From: an uncultured Chthonomonadaceae bacterium
GTDB taxonomy: Bacteria > Armatimonadota > Chthonomonadetes > Chthonomonadales > Chthonomonadaceae
Direction of reading: 5' to 3'
Assembly: GCA_963835065.1 (NCBI GenBank)
Contig: CAWIEK010000016.1
Coordinates: 96,001-160,000, forward strand
DNA: 64,000 nt
Shown here: piece by piece, positions 29,402-38,813 of the stretch
Numbering within the stretch: the stretch's first letter is position 1
How the letters are laid out: each line of letters opens with the position of its first letter
The notes under the pieces: generated by a model
What the model was told of the DNA's origin: nothing
The model's input: only the letters and a program-made list of their open reading frames with translations
Database searches by the model: none
Made by a program: the position numbers and the translations under genes

Positions 29402-30431
29402 ATGCTCACGGACGCCTGGAAGCTGTATGCGAGTTATGATTACAACGCGCAGCTTCAACAGAAAAACTTTCGCCGCTATCAGGGTACGCTGCTGCTGCTT
29501 GGATTGGCGGCAACGCTGCTGGCAACGCTGCTGGCCGGACGGCAGATGGGCCAGATGAGCGGCTTTTGGAAGCTGTCGTTCGTGCCAAATGATAATATCT
29601 TTACGACGGCGATTGTGCTGATAACCGCCGCCACGTCCGGCCTGTTAAGCGCTCTGAGCCGCTACAAGCCGGGAGAAAAATGGCTGGCCCTGCGCGCGTC
29701 GGCGCAATCGGTGCAGCGGGAGATTTATGGCTATCTGATGCAGGCGGGCGAATACCGCGATCATCCTGAACCCGCGCTGTTGTACCACCGATTAAACGCG
29801 ATTTCTACGGGATTGGCCGACATCATTCTGCACGAGCCGATGGCGGCAAGCGCGCAGCCTGCCGATATGGAGCAAGCCGGTAGTTGAAACCTTTCCCATG
29901 ACGCCGGAGCATTATGTCGCGCTGCGCCTGACCGATCAGGCCGCGTACTATCACCGCAAGGTTGGCAAACTGAACCGGCAGGCGCAATGGCTGCACGGAG
30001 CCAGTATTGTGGCCGGCACGGCGGGAACCATCCTTGCCCTGCTCAACCACCCCCTGTGGGTTCCCTTTACGGCGGCGGTAACGACAGCCTGCATCAGCTA
30101 CCTGCAGCAGCGGCAAATCGAAGTGACGCTGGCGCAGTACAATCAAAGCGGCAACAGCCTGGAGCGTATTGATCGCTGGTGGCGCAACGAACTGACCGAG
30201 ACCGAGCGCGCGCTGCCGGAAAACCGGGATAAGCTCGTCAGCTTCACCGAAGACATTCTCGCGGCGGAACTGACCAGTTGGACGCAAAAACTCAGCGAAG
30301 CGATGGCGAAGATGGCGACTCCCCCGACGGGAGAGGCAAAAGGAACTTTGACCGCTCCCAATCCTGTCGCGCCTGCTCATGCTGCGCCCGGCCCCGCGCT
30401 CCCTCCCATTGTAAATCAAAAAATAATATGA
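29402..30431 (+). CDS. SLATT/DUF4231 double 2-TM effector protein; frameshift ~29880
   Basis: Two TM pairs; KWLALRASAQSVQREIY; MTPEHYVALRLTDQAAYY; LVSFTEDILAAELTSW. Confidence 0.85.
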
Positions 30432-30499
30432 CTCTCACTTCCGATACCGTTATAGTATCGGAAGTGAGGTCCGTTATACCCTGTATGGAGGCAAGTTGG

Positions 30500-31531
30500 A
30501 TGCGCAAAGTTCGTTGTGCCTTTGTTTTGTTGCTGGCGGCGCTTCTCGCGCCTGTCGGTCTGCAGGCGCAGTCTGTTGCGCCGCCCAAACCCATTCGTTA
30601 CCACCTGGCGGACTGCCATCTGCATCTGGTGGACTTTTTGCAGCATACCGATGGCATCAAGGCGCTGCTGAAGGCAATGGATCGCAGCGGCGTAGACGAA
30701 GCCATGCTCTGCGGGATGCCTCTTGTTAAGGAGTGGTCGCTTTCGGAACCAACCCCGCCCCAGTATTATCTGGACGACGACAGCCGCTGCTACTGGTACT
30801 CCGCGACGGACATTCTGGTCGCTCGCCAGATCGAATCGCTGTCGCCCAACGAGCGGAAGCGCTTCCATCCCTTCATCTGTGGGTTCAACAGTCAGGATCG
30901 CAACGCCATCGAGCATGTAAAGCGTATGCTGGAATGGTATCCGAACGTGTGGCAGGGTATCGGCGAAGTGATGACCCGCCACGACGATCTGAGCGCCCTC
31001 ACGTATGGGGATGCGGCGCATGCGGACAGCGTTTCGCTGGACCCGCTCTACGAACTGGCGGCGCAGTACGACATGCCCGTATCGGTGCATAGCGATGTGA
31101 GTTCCGTGTGGAAGCGTGAGCCGCTTTATCTTCACGAAATCGAAAATGCGGTCAAGAAGCACCCGCATACGCGCATCATCTGGTGTCACGCGGGCGTGAG
31201 TCGGCGCATTGACGTGCCCACACTGGCCGGGGAAGTCCGCCGGCTTCTCGCCACCTATCCCAATGTGTATGTGGATCTGTCCTGGGTCGTCTTTGAAACG
31301 TACCTCACCAAAGATAATCAGCCCGTCAACGATTGGGTCAGCCTCATCGAAGCATTCCCGACACGCTTTATGATCGGTTCGGACAAGGTAGGCAAGTTCG
31401 ACGACTACCATAAGGAGATGCAGAAATACTACGTTTTACTCGACGCCCTCAAGCCTGACACAGCCCGCAAAGTGGCCCGCGACAACTTCCTGGCCCTCCT
31501 TCCGCGCGCGCAGCAAGCGGCGGGGCATTAA
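30500..31531 (+). CDS. Secreted amidohydrolase-2 family metallo-hydrolase
   Basis: SD GGAGG; signal peptide; DCHLH, GIGE, WCHAG, GSD. Confidence 0.9.
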   Translation: MRKVRCAFVLLLAALLAPVGLQAQSVAPPKPIRYHLADCHLHLVDFLQHTDGIKALLKAMDRSGVDEAMLCGMPLVKEWSLSEPTPPQYYLDDDSRCYWYSATDILVARQIESLSPNERKRFHPFICGFNSQDRNAIEHVKRMLEWYPNVWQGIGEVMTRHDDLSALTYGDAAHADSVSLDPLYELAAQYDMPVSVHSDVSSVWKREPLYLHEIENAVKKHPHTRIIWCHAGVSRRIDVPTLAGEVRRLLATYPNVYVDLSWVVFETYLTKDNQPVNDWVSLIEAFPTRFMIGSDKVGKFDDYHKEMQKYYVLLDALKPDTARKVARDNFLALLPRAQQAAGH

Positions 31532-31556
31532 CGGCCCTTAAAGTCGCGCAGTTCCC

Positions 31557-32063
31557 TCACGGCGTCGCCTTTGCGAAGACGATAAACGGGACCAAACTGG
31601 AAATGTTGTTGATCGTCGGGACGATCTCGAAGAGGTCCGGTTTGATGAGCAGCACATTGCCCGACAGCAATACCTGCCCTTTGGAGGTTAAGGTCAGAAA
31701 GCCCTGCGGGTTGCTGAAGGGCTGGGGTTTCGTCGCTGGTCCCAGCGTCCAGCTGCCCTGCGTCGTTGTGGTCGTCGTTATCCCGGCGTTAGCGCTGCTG
31801 TCGGTTAACGTAAAGGAGCCGTTGGCACTCAATGTCATTTTGACAAACGTATTTGTCGTCGGACCCGCTTGCCAGATATCGGTTAGCAGGCCGGCAAGGG
31901 AAATGCCAGGGTTGCCTCCCCCGCCTCCATTACCGCCGCCCCCGCCGCCTCCATTACCTCCCCCGCCTCCCGGCCCTCCCTGAGCCAGTGCCGAGCCTGC
32001 AAGACAGGAAAGCAGCAAGCAGAAGGCGGCAAACCTCGCCAAGTAAAATCGCTTTGTACCCAT
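31557..32063 (-). CDS. Secreted protein with Gly-rich linker
   Basis: Signal peptide ending ALA; GGGGGN repeats. Confidence 0.65.
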   Translation of the reverse strand: MGTKRFYLARFAAFCLLLSCLAGSALAQGGPGGGGGNGGGGGGGNGGGGGNPGISLAGLLTDIWQAGPTTNTFVKMTLSANGSFTLTDSSANAGITTTTTTQGSWTLGPATKPQPFSNPQGFLTLTSKGQVLLSGNVLLIKPDLFEIVPTINNISSLVPFIVFAKATP

Positions 32064-32317
32064 CGGAACGCTGCCTTTCTCCCACAAACCTGTGGGATAC
32101 GATGTCACGAAGTCCTCATTATCATGGTGATGTGATTTGGACTGCAGGACCTAATGATCCATGCGCAATAAGGAGAGGCCCGCCGACGCCTGAAAATACA
32201 ATGGGGATGGAAAAAAGCCTCTCGTCGGCAAACATTTAGATGCGCCGACCCTATTGAGTGACAAATCACGCGAAAAATGGCATACTGTGCAAACAAAATG
32301 GATGCTGAAAACTACAA

Positions 32318-33265
32318 ATGAGGAGGCGCGTGGTGATCTTTGCGCTAAGTTGTTTATGGCTGGCTGTTGCCGGCAGATTGTGTGGGCAGGAGGAGCAAGC
32401 GGGCGCGGGTAAGACTGCGCCTTCGGTTGAAGTTACTCGCGCAATGGCGGGAGAAACGTATCGCGTTCCTTATCGCCTGAGCGACACCAAGCATATCTTG
32501 ATACGCGCCCGAATCAATGGCAAAGGGCCGTTTACGTTTATACTGGATACGGGCGCTCCCGCCATCTATGTGGCAAGCGACGCGGCCAAACAGATTGGCT
32601 TGAAGGCCGCGAAAAACGGGTGGGCAAATATAACGCGCATGGAAGTGGAAGGCGGCGCAGTTGTCGAAAACGTGGCCGCGCGGCTGGAAGACCCGACGCC
32701 CCTCAAAGGCATGAACGCGCTCGGAATGGAAGGTACGCATATTGACGGCATTTTGGGTTACAACCTGCTGGCCCGCTTTGCGATAGACATTGACTTGTCC
32801 CGCCCGCGCCTGCTCTGGACGCGGCAGGAAGCGTTTGCGGATGACGTGCCGGACATGCAGGCGCTCACGGGTGGCAAGCCGATCACACTGCCCAAAAGCA
32901 TGGCGCAAATGGACAGCATGGCGGCCAATCTGCCCAAGATGATGGCGAAATTAAAGACCGATACCCTTATACGCGGGTTTGTGGGCATTGAACTGCTGCC
33001 TGACAACGGGGCGGGCAATGTGGCGGGACAGGTACGCATTGCCCGCGTCCTTGCCGATAGCCCTGCTGCCCGCGCCGGGCTGCGGGAGGGAGATATTATT
33101 CGCGCTCTGGCTTTGGGTACGTCGCCGTTTCAGCCGGTGACGCATGCTGCCGACGCGCTGCGTTTGGCGCGCGATTGGGAAGCCGGCAAGCCGGGACGGT
33201 TGCAAATACTTCGGAATGGCGGCAAGCGCGAAGTCGTGGTGACAGCCGGGGCGGGAGGGTTTTAA
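32318..33265 (+). CDS. Secreted retropepsin-like aspartyl protease with PDZ domain
   Basis: FILDTGA, DGILG, SPAARAGLREGD. Confidence 0.9.
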   Translation: MRRRVVIFALSCLWLAVAGRLCGQEEQAGAGKTAPSVEVTRAMAGETYRVPYRLSDTKHILIRARINGKGPFTFILDTGAPAIYVASDAAKQIGLKAAKNGWANITRMEVEGGAVVENVAARLEDPTPLKGMNALGMEGTHIDGILGYNLLARFAIDIDLSRPRLLWTRQEAFADDVPDMQALTGGKPITLPKSMAQMDSMAANLPKMMAKLKTDTLIRGFVGIELLPDNGAGNVAGQVRIARVLADSPAARAGLREGDIIRALALGTSPFQPVTHAADALRLARDWEAGKPGRLQILRNGGKREVVVTAGAGGF

Positions 33266-34329
33266 TGGCAGCAGGGAGACGCTATTTAAATAGGAAGGGA
33301 ATTCGGTGTTTTGCGAGCCGCGTTCCCGCGCAAAATGCCGGGGCGTTGCGTAATCGGCTCCTCTTCATGAGCATAATGGCGTGGCTTGGAATCGGCTGCG
33401 GCAGCGTCAAAGCGCAGGAGCGAACCAACACTACAAACGCTGCTAAATCCGTGTTCACACAGGCGCAACCGGGGCAGTCCATACAGGCAGCGACGGCGGA
33501 GACGAAAGCAAGTCATCCCGTTGTAAGAGTAACCGGACATGAAACACTGGAAATTTTACCGTCTCGGCATCTTGCGCTGCGGGTAATCCTCAATGGAAAA
33601 GGGCCGTTCCGCATGATCTTGGATACCGGATCGCCCATTACCTTCATTACCAACGCCGCCGCTCTGAAAAGCGGGCTGCTGAAAGCGCAGCAGGCCAATC
33701 AGCCCGCGCTGTTCGGGATGCGCGGGCAGGTGATAGCGAAAACAATCGGTGTCGGCAAAACCTTGCTGAACGACTTTCCTTTACTGGTGCTGGATCATCC
33801 CGTAATCGAAACCTTGCAGCAGGTGGAAGGCCCGCTTGACGGCATTTTAGGGTTTTCCTTTTTCGCGCGCTACCGCACGGTGATTGATTATGTCCATAAA
33901 AGCGCGCAGTTTACGCCCAACGGTTATCAGCCGGAAGATTTGTTAGGCAGTTTGATGACGCGGCTGATGAGCAATCAGGCCAGCCATCGGAATCTGGCTT
34001 CTCTGGGATTGTGGGGAATGGAAGTGGCGCAAGCCGCCGCGCCAAAAGCCTCACCGACACCAAAATTCTCACAGCCCGGGCAAAAGGCGGAGCAAAACGA
34101 TCCACAGCCGGGCATTATAATTACCCGCGTGTATGCCGATAGCGCCGCCGCGCAGAGTGGATTGCAAGCGGGAGATCGCCTGCTGTCTGTTGAGGAACAT
34201 TGGACGGACACGCTGGAAGATTGCCTGGACGCGGCAGGTCAGATCAAGCCGGGAGAAAAAACCACGTTGCATATTCTACGCGATGGTAAGCCTCTGGATA
34301 TTGTGATTACCCCGCGCATCGGGCTGTAA
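33265..34329 (+). CDS. Secreted retropepsin-like aspartyl protease with PDZ domain (paralog)
   Basis: MILDTGS, DGILG, SAAAQSGLQAGD; TAATG stop/start coupling with the upstream gene. Confidence 0.88.
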   Translation: MAAGRRYLNRKGIRCFASRVPAQNAGALRNRLLFMSIMAWLGIGCGSVKAQERTNTTNAAKSVFTQAQPGQSIQAATAETKASHPVVRVTGHETLEILPSRHLALRVILNGKGPFRMILDTGSPITFITNAAALKSGLLKAQQANQPALFGMRGQVIAKTIGVGKTLLNDFPLLVLDHPVIETLQQVEGPLDGILGFSFFARYRTVIDYVHKSAQFTPNGYQPEDLLGSLMTRLMSNQASHRNLASLGLWGMEVAQAAAPKASPTPKFSQPGQKAEQNDPQPGIIITRVYADSAAAQSGLQAGDRLLSVEEHWTDTLEDCLDAAGQIKPGEKTTLHILRDGKPLDIVITPRIGL

Positions 34330-34382
34330 TCAGTGGGTGTTGGGTATCGTGTGTCGTGTGTTGGGGCAGAAGGCCACGCCGC

Positions 34383-34426
34383 GGCCAAATTTTTAGGAGG
34401 GGCATGCCCCTCCTAAAAATTTGGCC
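34383..34426. repeat. 44 bp perfect palindrome with core AGGAGGGGCATGCCCCTCCT
   Basis: Checked base by base; lies between convergent genes. Confidence 0.92.
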
Positions 34427-34544
34427 TTTGTTTTCTCAAATTGCCTGTCAGGTTCAAAATGTCGTGACATTATCGGACGTTTTTTGTATATCTTTTGTCT
34501 TCGTTCTCCTTTACGTGTTGCCTGTTGCCTTTTCTCAGTTTCGC

Positions 34545-35895
34545 TCAGGTAATAAAAGCGGCGTAGATAGCGCGTAAGGCTGTTTCATAATCCTCGTTGG
34601 ACACACCCACGATAATGTTGATTTCCGATGCGCCTTGATTGATCATGCGGACATTGACATTCGCCTGCGCCAACGCCTGAAATACCCGGCTTGCCACTCC
34701 GATGCGATGGCTCATGCCCTGCCCGACGGTAGCAATCAGCGCCAGGCCGTGCATTACTTCCATGCGCTCCGGCTTTAAGACGCGCTCCAAGGCGGCCAGA
34801 ACGCTTTGATGCTGATGCGCCAGTTCCTCGTCGCGCACGATTACGGACATGGAATCAATCCCGGTCGGCGCGTGTTCCCACGAGATGTTATGCTCTTCCA
34901 GCACCTGCAGCATCCGCCGCCCGAACCCTAATTCCTGATTCATCAGTGATTTTTCCACCAGGATGCCTGTAAACCCCTTGCGCCCCGCAACGCCGACAAT
35001 AGCCTCCTCCCCGTCAGGACGTGAAGGCCGTATCCATGTGCCCGGCAGTTCGGGGTGGTTGGTGTCGCGGATGTGTATAGGGATTCCGGCTTCCCGAACC
35101 GGGAAAATGGCTTCGTCATGCAGCACGGAAGCGCCCATATACGCCAGTTCGCGCAATTCCTGATACGTGACTTCCCGTATGGGCTGGGCATACGCGATCA
35201 GGCGCGGGTCGGCCATACGCAGGCCGTCCACATCCGTCCAGTTCTCATAGACTGCCGCAGATATAGCGCGGGCGACAATCGCCCCGGTCACATCCGAGCC
35301 GCCCCGCGAAAATGTTTTCACCTCGCCCTGCGCGTCCCGCCCATAAAAACCGGGTATCACTGCCAGCGCGTTGCCGTCCAGCAGTTCGCGCAGACCTTGA
35401 TACGTGTGCATGGCATCGAAGCGGCCCTCCGGCCCGAAAACAATTCCGTCCGCCGCGTCCACGAACCGCGCTTTTAAGTAGGACGCAATTAAGCGCGCGT
35501 TGAGATACTCTCCTCTTGACGCGGTCCAATCTTCGCTTTGCCCCGCCTGTAATCCCGCTTCCGTTTCATCCAGCCATTCCGCAGCGTTGGTTACGCCCAA
35601 ATCCTGCGCAATCTCTGCATAGCGCATTCGAATGGCGGCAAAGGCGACAGCGGCATTTGCGCCATCACAAATCGCGCGGTGGCATTGATACAGCTGATCC
35701 GTAATCTTCTTATCCGCCCCGAACCGCTTGCCGGGCGCAGACACGACGACAAAGCGCCGCCGCGCGTCCGCCAAAACCAGAGTCACACGCCTGCCGGATG
35801 TGCGCGGCATCAGCCAAGGACGTGCCTCCAAACTTGCAAACCAGTAGTTCCGCCGCCGATGGCGTCGCATTCAGCCTTGAAGATTCGATTGCCAT
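34545..35895 (-). CDS. lysC: Aspartate kinase; frameshift ~35790
   Basis: VCKFGGTSLA, VVVSAPGK, SRGGSDVTGA, WTDVDG, two ACT domains. Confidence 0.93.
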
Positions 35896-36066
35896 ACCGA
35901 TTATTCAGCGTCTCCTTCACAGATGTAGGCAGGATTTATAACCCTGCCTACAAACTGTACCCCTAATCCCGGCAATTCCGAACACGCTAACCTTTCTATT
36001 TCATAAACAGGCGCGCAAGGCGCAAAGGCGGCAGTTACGCGGCAACAGGAGCTTTTTTGCTTGTCT

Positions 36067-36261
36067 TCAACGCTCGCGCTTTCCGCGCGCCGACACTTGA
36101 TTTCTGTCAGGGTAATGTTTCGCTTCATACGCCTGTACCAGCGTTGCGAGGACATCCAGCCGATCTTCTTCGGCAGAACCAGGTGTGGCGTCCATCAGCA
36201 TTTCGATTTCGCGCAGCATGGCGCGATAGTCCTCTTCGGTTTTAATGGGGCGGATTTCCAT
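36067..36261 (-). pseudogene. Truncated HigA-type antitoxin (N-terminal half, no HTH)
   Basis: MEIRPIKTEEDYRAML...DRLDVLATLVQAYEAKHYP followed by an early stop; no toxin partner. Confidence 0.75.
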
Positions 36262-36287
36262 AGTCCTGAACTTTCTAAGCGGATGGT

Positions 36288-36650
36288 TCAGTGCTTGTCG
36301 TCGGCCTGCTTGCTGGACTTTGCCCAATCGGAGGCATCGAAGGAAATGATTTCAATCCATTGTCCGCCGGGCGCTTCCAGGTAGAAGCTGCGAGTTTTAT
36401 CGCGATGGGTGGCAATGGGTTGCTGAAACTTGCTCGCCAACTCTTCCAACTCGGCATCGTTGACGCGCCAGGCGATATGATTGGGATGCTGATCCTGTTT
36501 CACGAACGCGAGTTTGACGCCGTTCACCTCAATAAACGCCCAACTGTCATCTTGGTATAGCACTTTGGTGCCGGAAATCAGCGTCTGATACCAGGTGACG
36601 GCGGCGGCAATGTCGGGAACCTGTTGCGCGATATGATCAAAGGTAAACAT
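36288..36650 (-). CDS. VOC/glyoxalase family protein
   Basis: FDHIAQQVPD, HIAW, YLEAPGGQWIE. Confidence 0.88.
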   Translation of the reverse strand: MFTFDHIAQQVPDIAAAVTWYQTLISGTKVLYQDDSWAFIEVNGVKLAFVKQDQHPNHIAWRVNDAELEELASKFQQPIATHRDKTRSFYLEAPGGQWIEIISFDASDWAKSSKQADDKH

Positions 36651-36972
36651 GCAAAATTTTCTCCAGAAAGCGTTTGAAATGAGCGGGCGCGAAGCTACCA
36701 ACGCGCAAAAGGGCAGATGATTTCCTAAAACTACGAACCGGAGTTGTAAAGGGTTTGCAGGGTTCAGAGGGAGATAAGTACAATCGGAAAAAAGGTAAGA
36801 AAAGTTCAAAATTAGAAAATGAAAACGTCCGATAATATCAGGGCAATTTTTCTAAACAGACCTACGGAAATGAAGAGGAAACTTTGTTCTGCTCAACCAT
36901 TCCCTCATTGCTTCGTTCAACTGATCTATGTTTTGCTCGCTTGTCGTGTAAGCAAAATTCATTGCACACAGA

Positions 36973-37018
36973 CAAAATTTCAGGCAGGAGGGGCATGCCC
37001 CTCCTGCCTGAAATTTTG
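36973..37018. repeat. 46 bp perfect palindrome with core AGGAGGGGCATGCCCCTCCT
   Basis: Same 20 bp core as 34383-34426 with different outer arms. Confidence 0.92.
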
Positions 37019-37086
37019 CTCAAGCCACCTGTCTCCTCACATGCGCCAGGCGTGTGCGGTCAATTTCCAACGTATAACGTATGCCG

Positions 37087-37314
37087 CTACTTCTTACCGC
37101 GCCCGCCGCCCATGCCTGTAGCTCCCGCCGTGGGATTGATGCCTGCGGGAAGATCGCCCTTCGGGTTCGTCTTGTTGATTTCATCCACAAGAGTTTTGGG
37201 ATCGCCGGAGTCACTGCCCGTCGCCTTGCCGGCGCTGCGGAAAAGCATAAACACCGTCACGAGAATAACACCTACGAGGCAGGCGACGGCTACCGGTGTC
37301 GGTATTTTTTTCAT
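37087..37314 (-). CDS. Small single-TM protein downstream of the DUF1559 gene
   Basis: N-terminal TM segment; SD-like GGAG. Confidence 0.7.
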   Translation of the reverse strand: MKKIPTPVAVACLVGVILVTVFMLFRSAGKATGSDSGDPKTLVDEINKTNPKGDLPAGINPTAGATGMGGGRGKK

Positions 37315-37468
37315 CCTGTTCTCCCCTCTAATTCAGGATTTAACGCACAAGCGCGTTAAATCCTGAACAGTAAACGCGAAACTTCAAGCCGCATCCTGAC
37401 AGCGCCAAGCAATTAATAGTTGATAGAGGCGCAGAGACTATCAACTATCAACCATCAACTGCTTGAAA

Positions 37469-38314
37469 TTACTGCAGGTCCCATAGGTACGCGCTTTTGT
37501 CAACGATGGCGCCACCCCAGGCATCCTTAACGTTGCAGCCCGCCGAAAGCGCGTTGATCTTCATTGCTTTCACATGTCCATCGCAGAAAGCCGTGTTGAC
37601 AAACTCGGTGTGCCAGGCCCACACGCCGCCGAACACGTTCCAGGCGAGTGGTTGACTCGGATTCCACGCCCCGTACCAGTAGTAGCTGCTATAGCTACTC
37701 TGCACCGGGAAGCTGTCCTTGCCGTCCGAGTAATAACGGCAGGGCGGGTCCACTGCCGAGTTGCCGCCGCCCACCGGGTTTCCGCTGGCATCGCGATCCC
37801 AAAGACAGTCTACGGCGAGAACCGTCTGCGCGGGAGCGTTTATCTGGGCGAGAGCCGTAGGAATGGGTTTGTAGGGAATGACAATCGGGCACAGATACTG
37901 CCAGTTGATGCCGAAGTCGTTCTTTGTCGCCAGGTTGAAAAGGCGCTGCTGATCCGTCGTTGGCGGGTAAGAAACTTCAACGGAGGCGCGCGCCGTATCG
38001 TTTGCGGGATCGCTCGGGCAATCGTAAATCTGGTAATTTTTCAGATACGGCTGAATGATCTGCCCCATCACCATATCCGGTGGAGACTTGTAACTCCCCT
38101 CCGTCTGCATCAGCGGCATCAGCTCGTCATAGTCCTGCTGGTACATGTTCACGCCCAGAGCCTGCTGCCGGAAGTTGGAAAGACAGCTTGCCTGCCGCGC
38201 TTTGGCGCGCGCCTGCGCAAAGACGGGGAACAGAATGGCGGCCAGAATCGCGATGATGGCGATCACCACGAGCAGTTCGATGAGGGTAAAACCTCGTTTT
38301 TGATGAGAATGCAT
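37469..38314 (-). CDS. Prepilin-type N-methylation / DUF1559 / H-X9-DG protein
   Basis: [46 protein letters not shown]. Confidence 0.95.
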   Translation of the reverse strand: MHSHQKRGFTLIELLVVIAIIAILAAILFPVFAQARAKARQASCLSNFRQQALGVNMYQQDYDELMPLMQTEGSYKSPPDMVMGQIIQPYLKNYQIYDCPSDPANDTARASVEVSYPPTTDQQRLFNLATKNDFGINWQYLCPIVIPYKPIPTALAQINAPAQTVLAVDCLWDRDASGNPVGGGNSAVDPPCRYYSDGKDSFPVQSSYSSYYWYGAWNPSQPLAWNVFGGVWAWHTEFVNTAFCDGHVKAMKINALSAGCNVKDAWGGAIVDKSAYLWDLQ

Positions 38315-38813
38315 TCCTTTTCTCCTTGCTTAGATATTAAGAAAGAGGACAGGCCCGGCCAATGGCCGCGCCACGACACGATGTTGTGTCGTAAACTAAC
38401 GCCTTCTAAAAGGCCCAAGTTTCTTTGATAGGTTTTCGCGCAAAGCAACCAAAAACAAAAATCCGCCGCGCCGTGTTTTTCTGAGCAATCCTCTAATTAT
38501 AGGGACTTACAGAAAGCGGGCGGGCAGACATCATTGTTGCCCCGGAACAATCACCAGGAAGCAGTCACGTCGGTGTGGCGTCCAAATGCCATTATGAGGA
38601 TTGGATATTGTAACCGATTATCATAAGTTAAGCAACCTTTTTCCAGAAATTTTTGCGAAAATAACGAACTTTCGTTCGCTTTTTCAACGTCTCAGACAAA
38701 ATAACTATGTTTATGTCTGCTAAAATCCAATCTGCAAGACTGTTTCAAACCGACTCGGCATCCTGCCCCGCATGGTGAATGCGGGGCAGGATGTAAAACG
38801 CTCGGCGTCCGTA

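Noticed and set aside
36067..36261. Functional HigBA toxin-antitoxin system
   Set aside because: The antitoxin lacks its HTH half and no toxin gene is adjacent.
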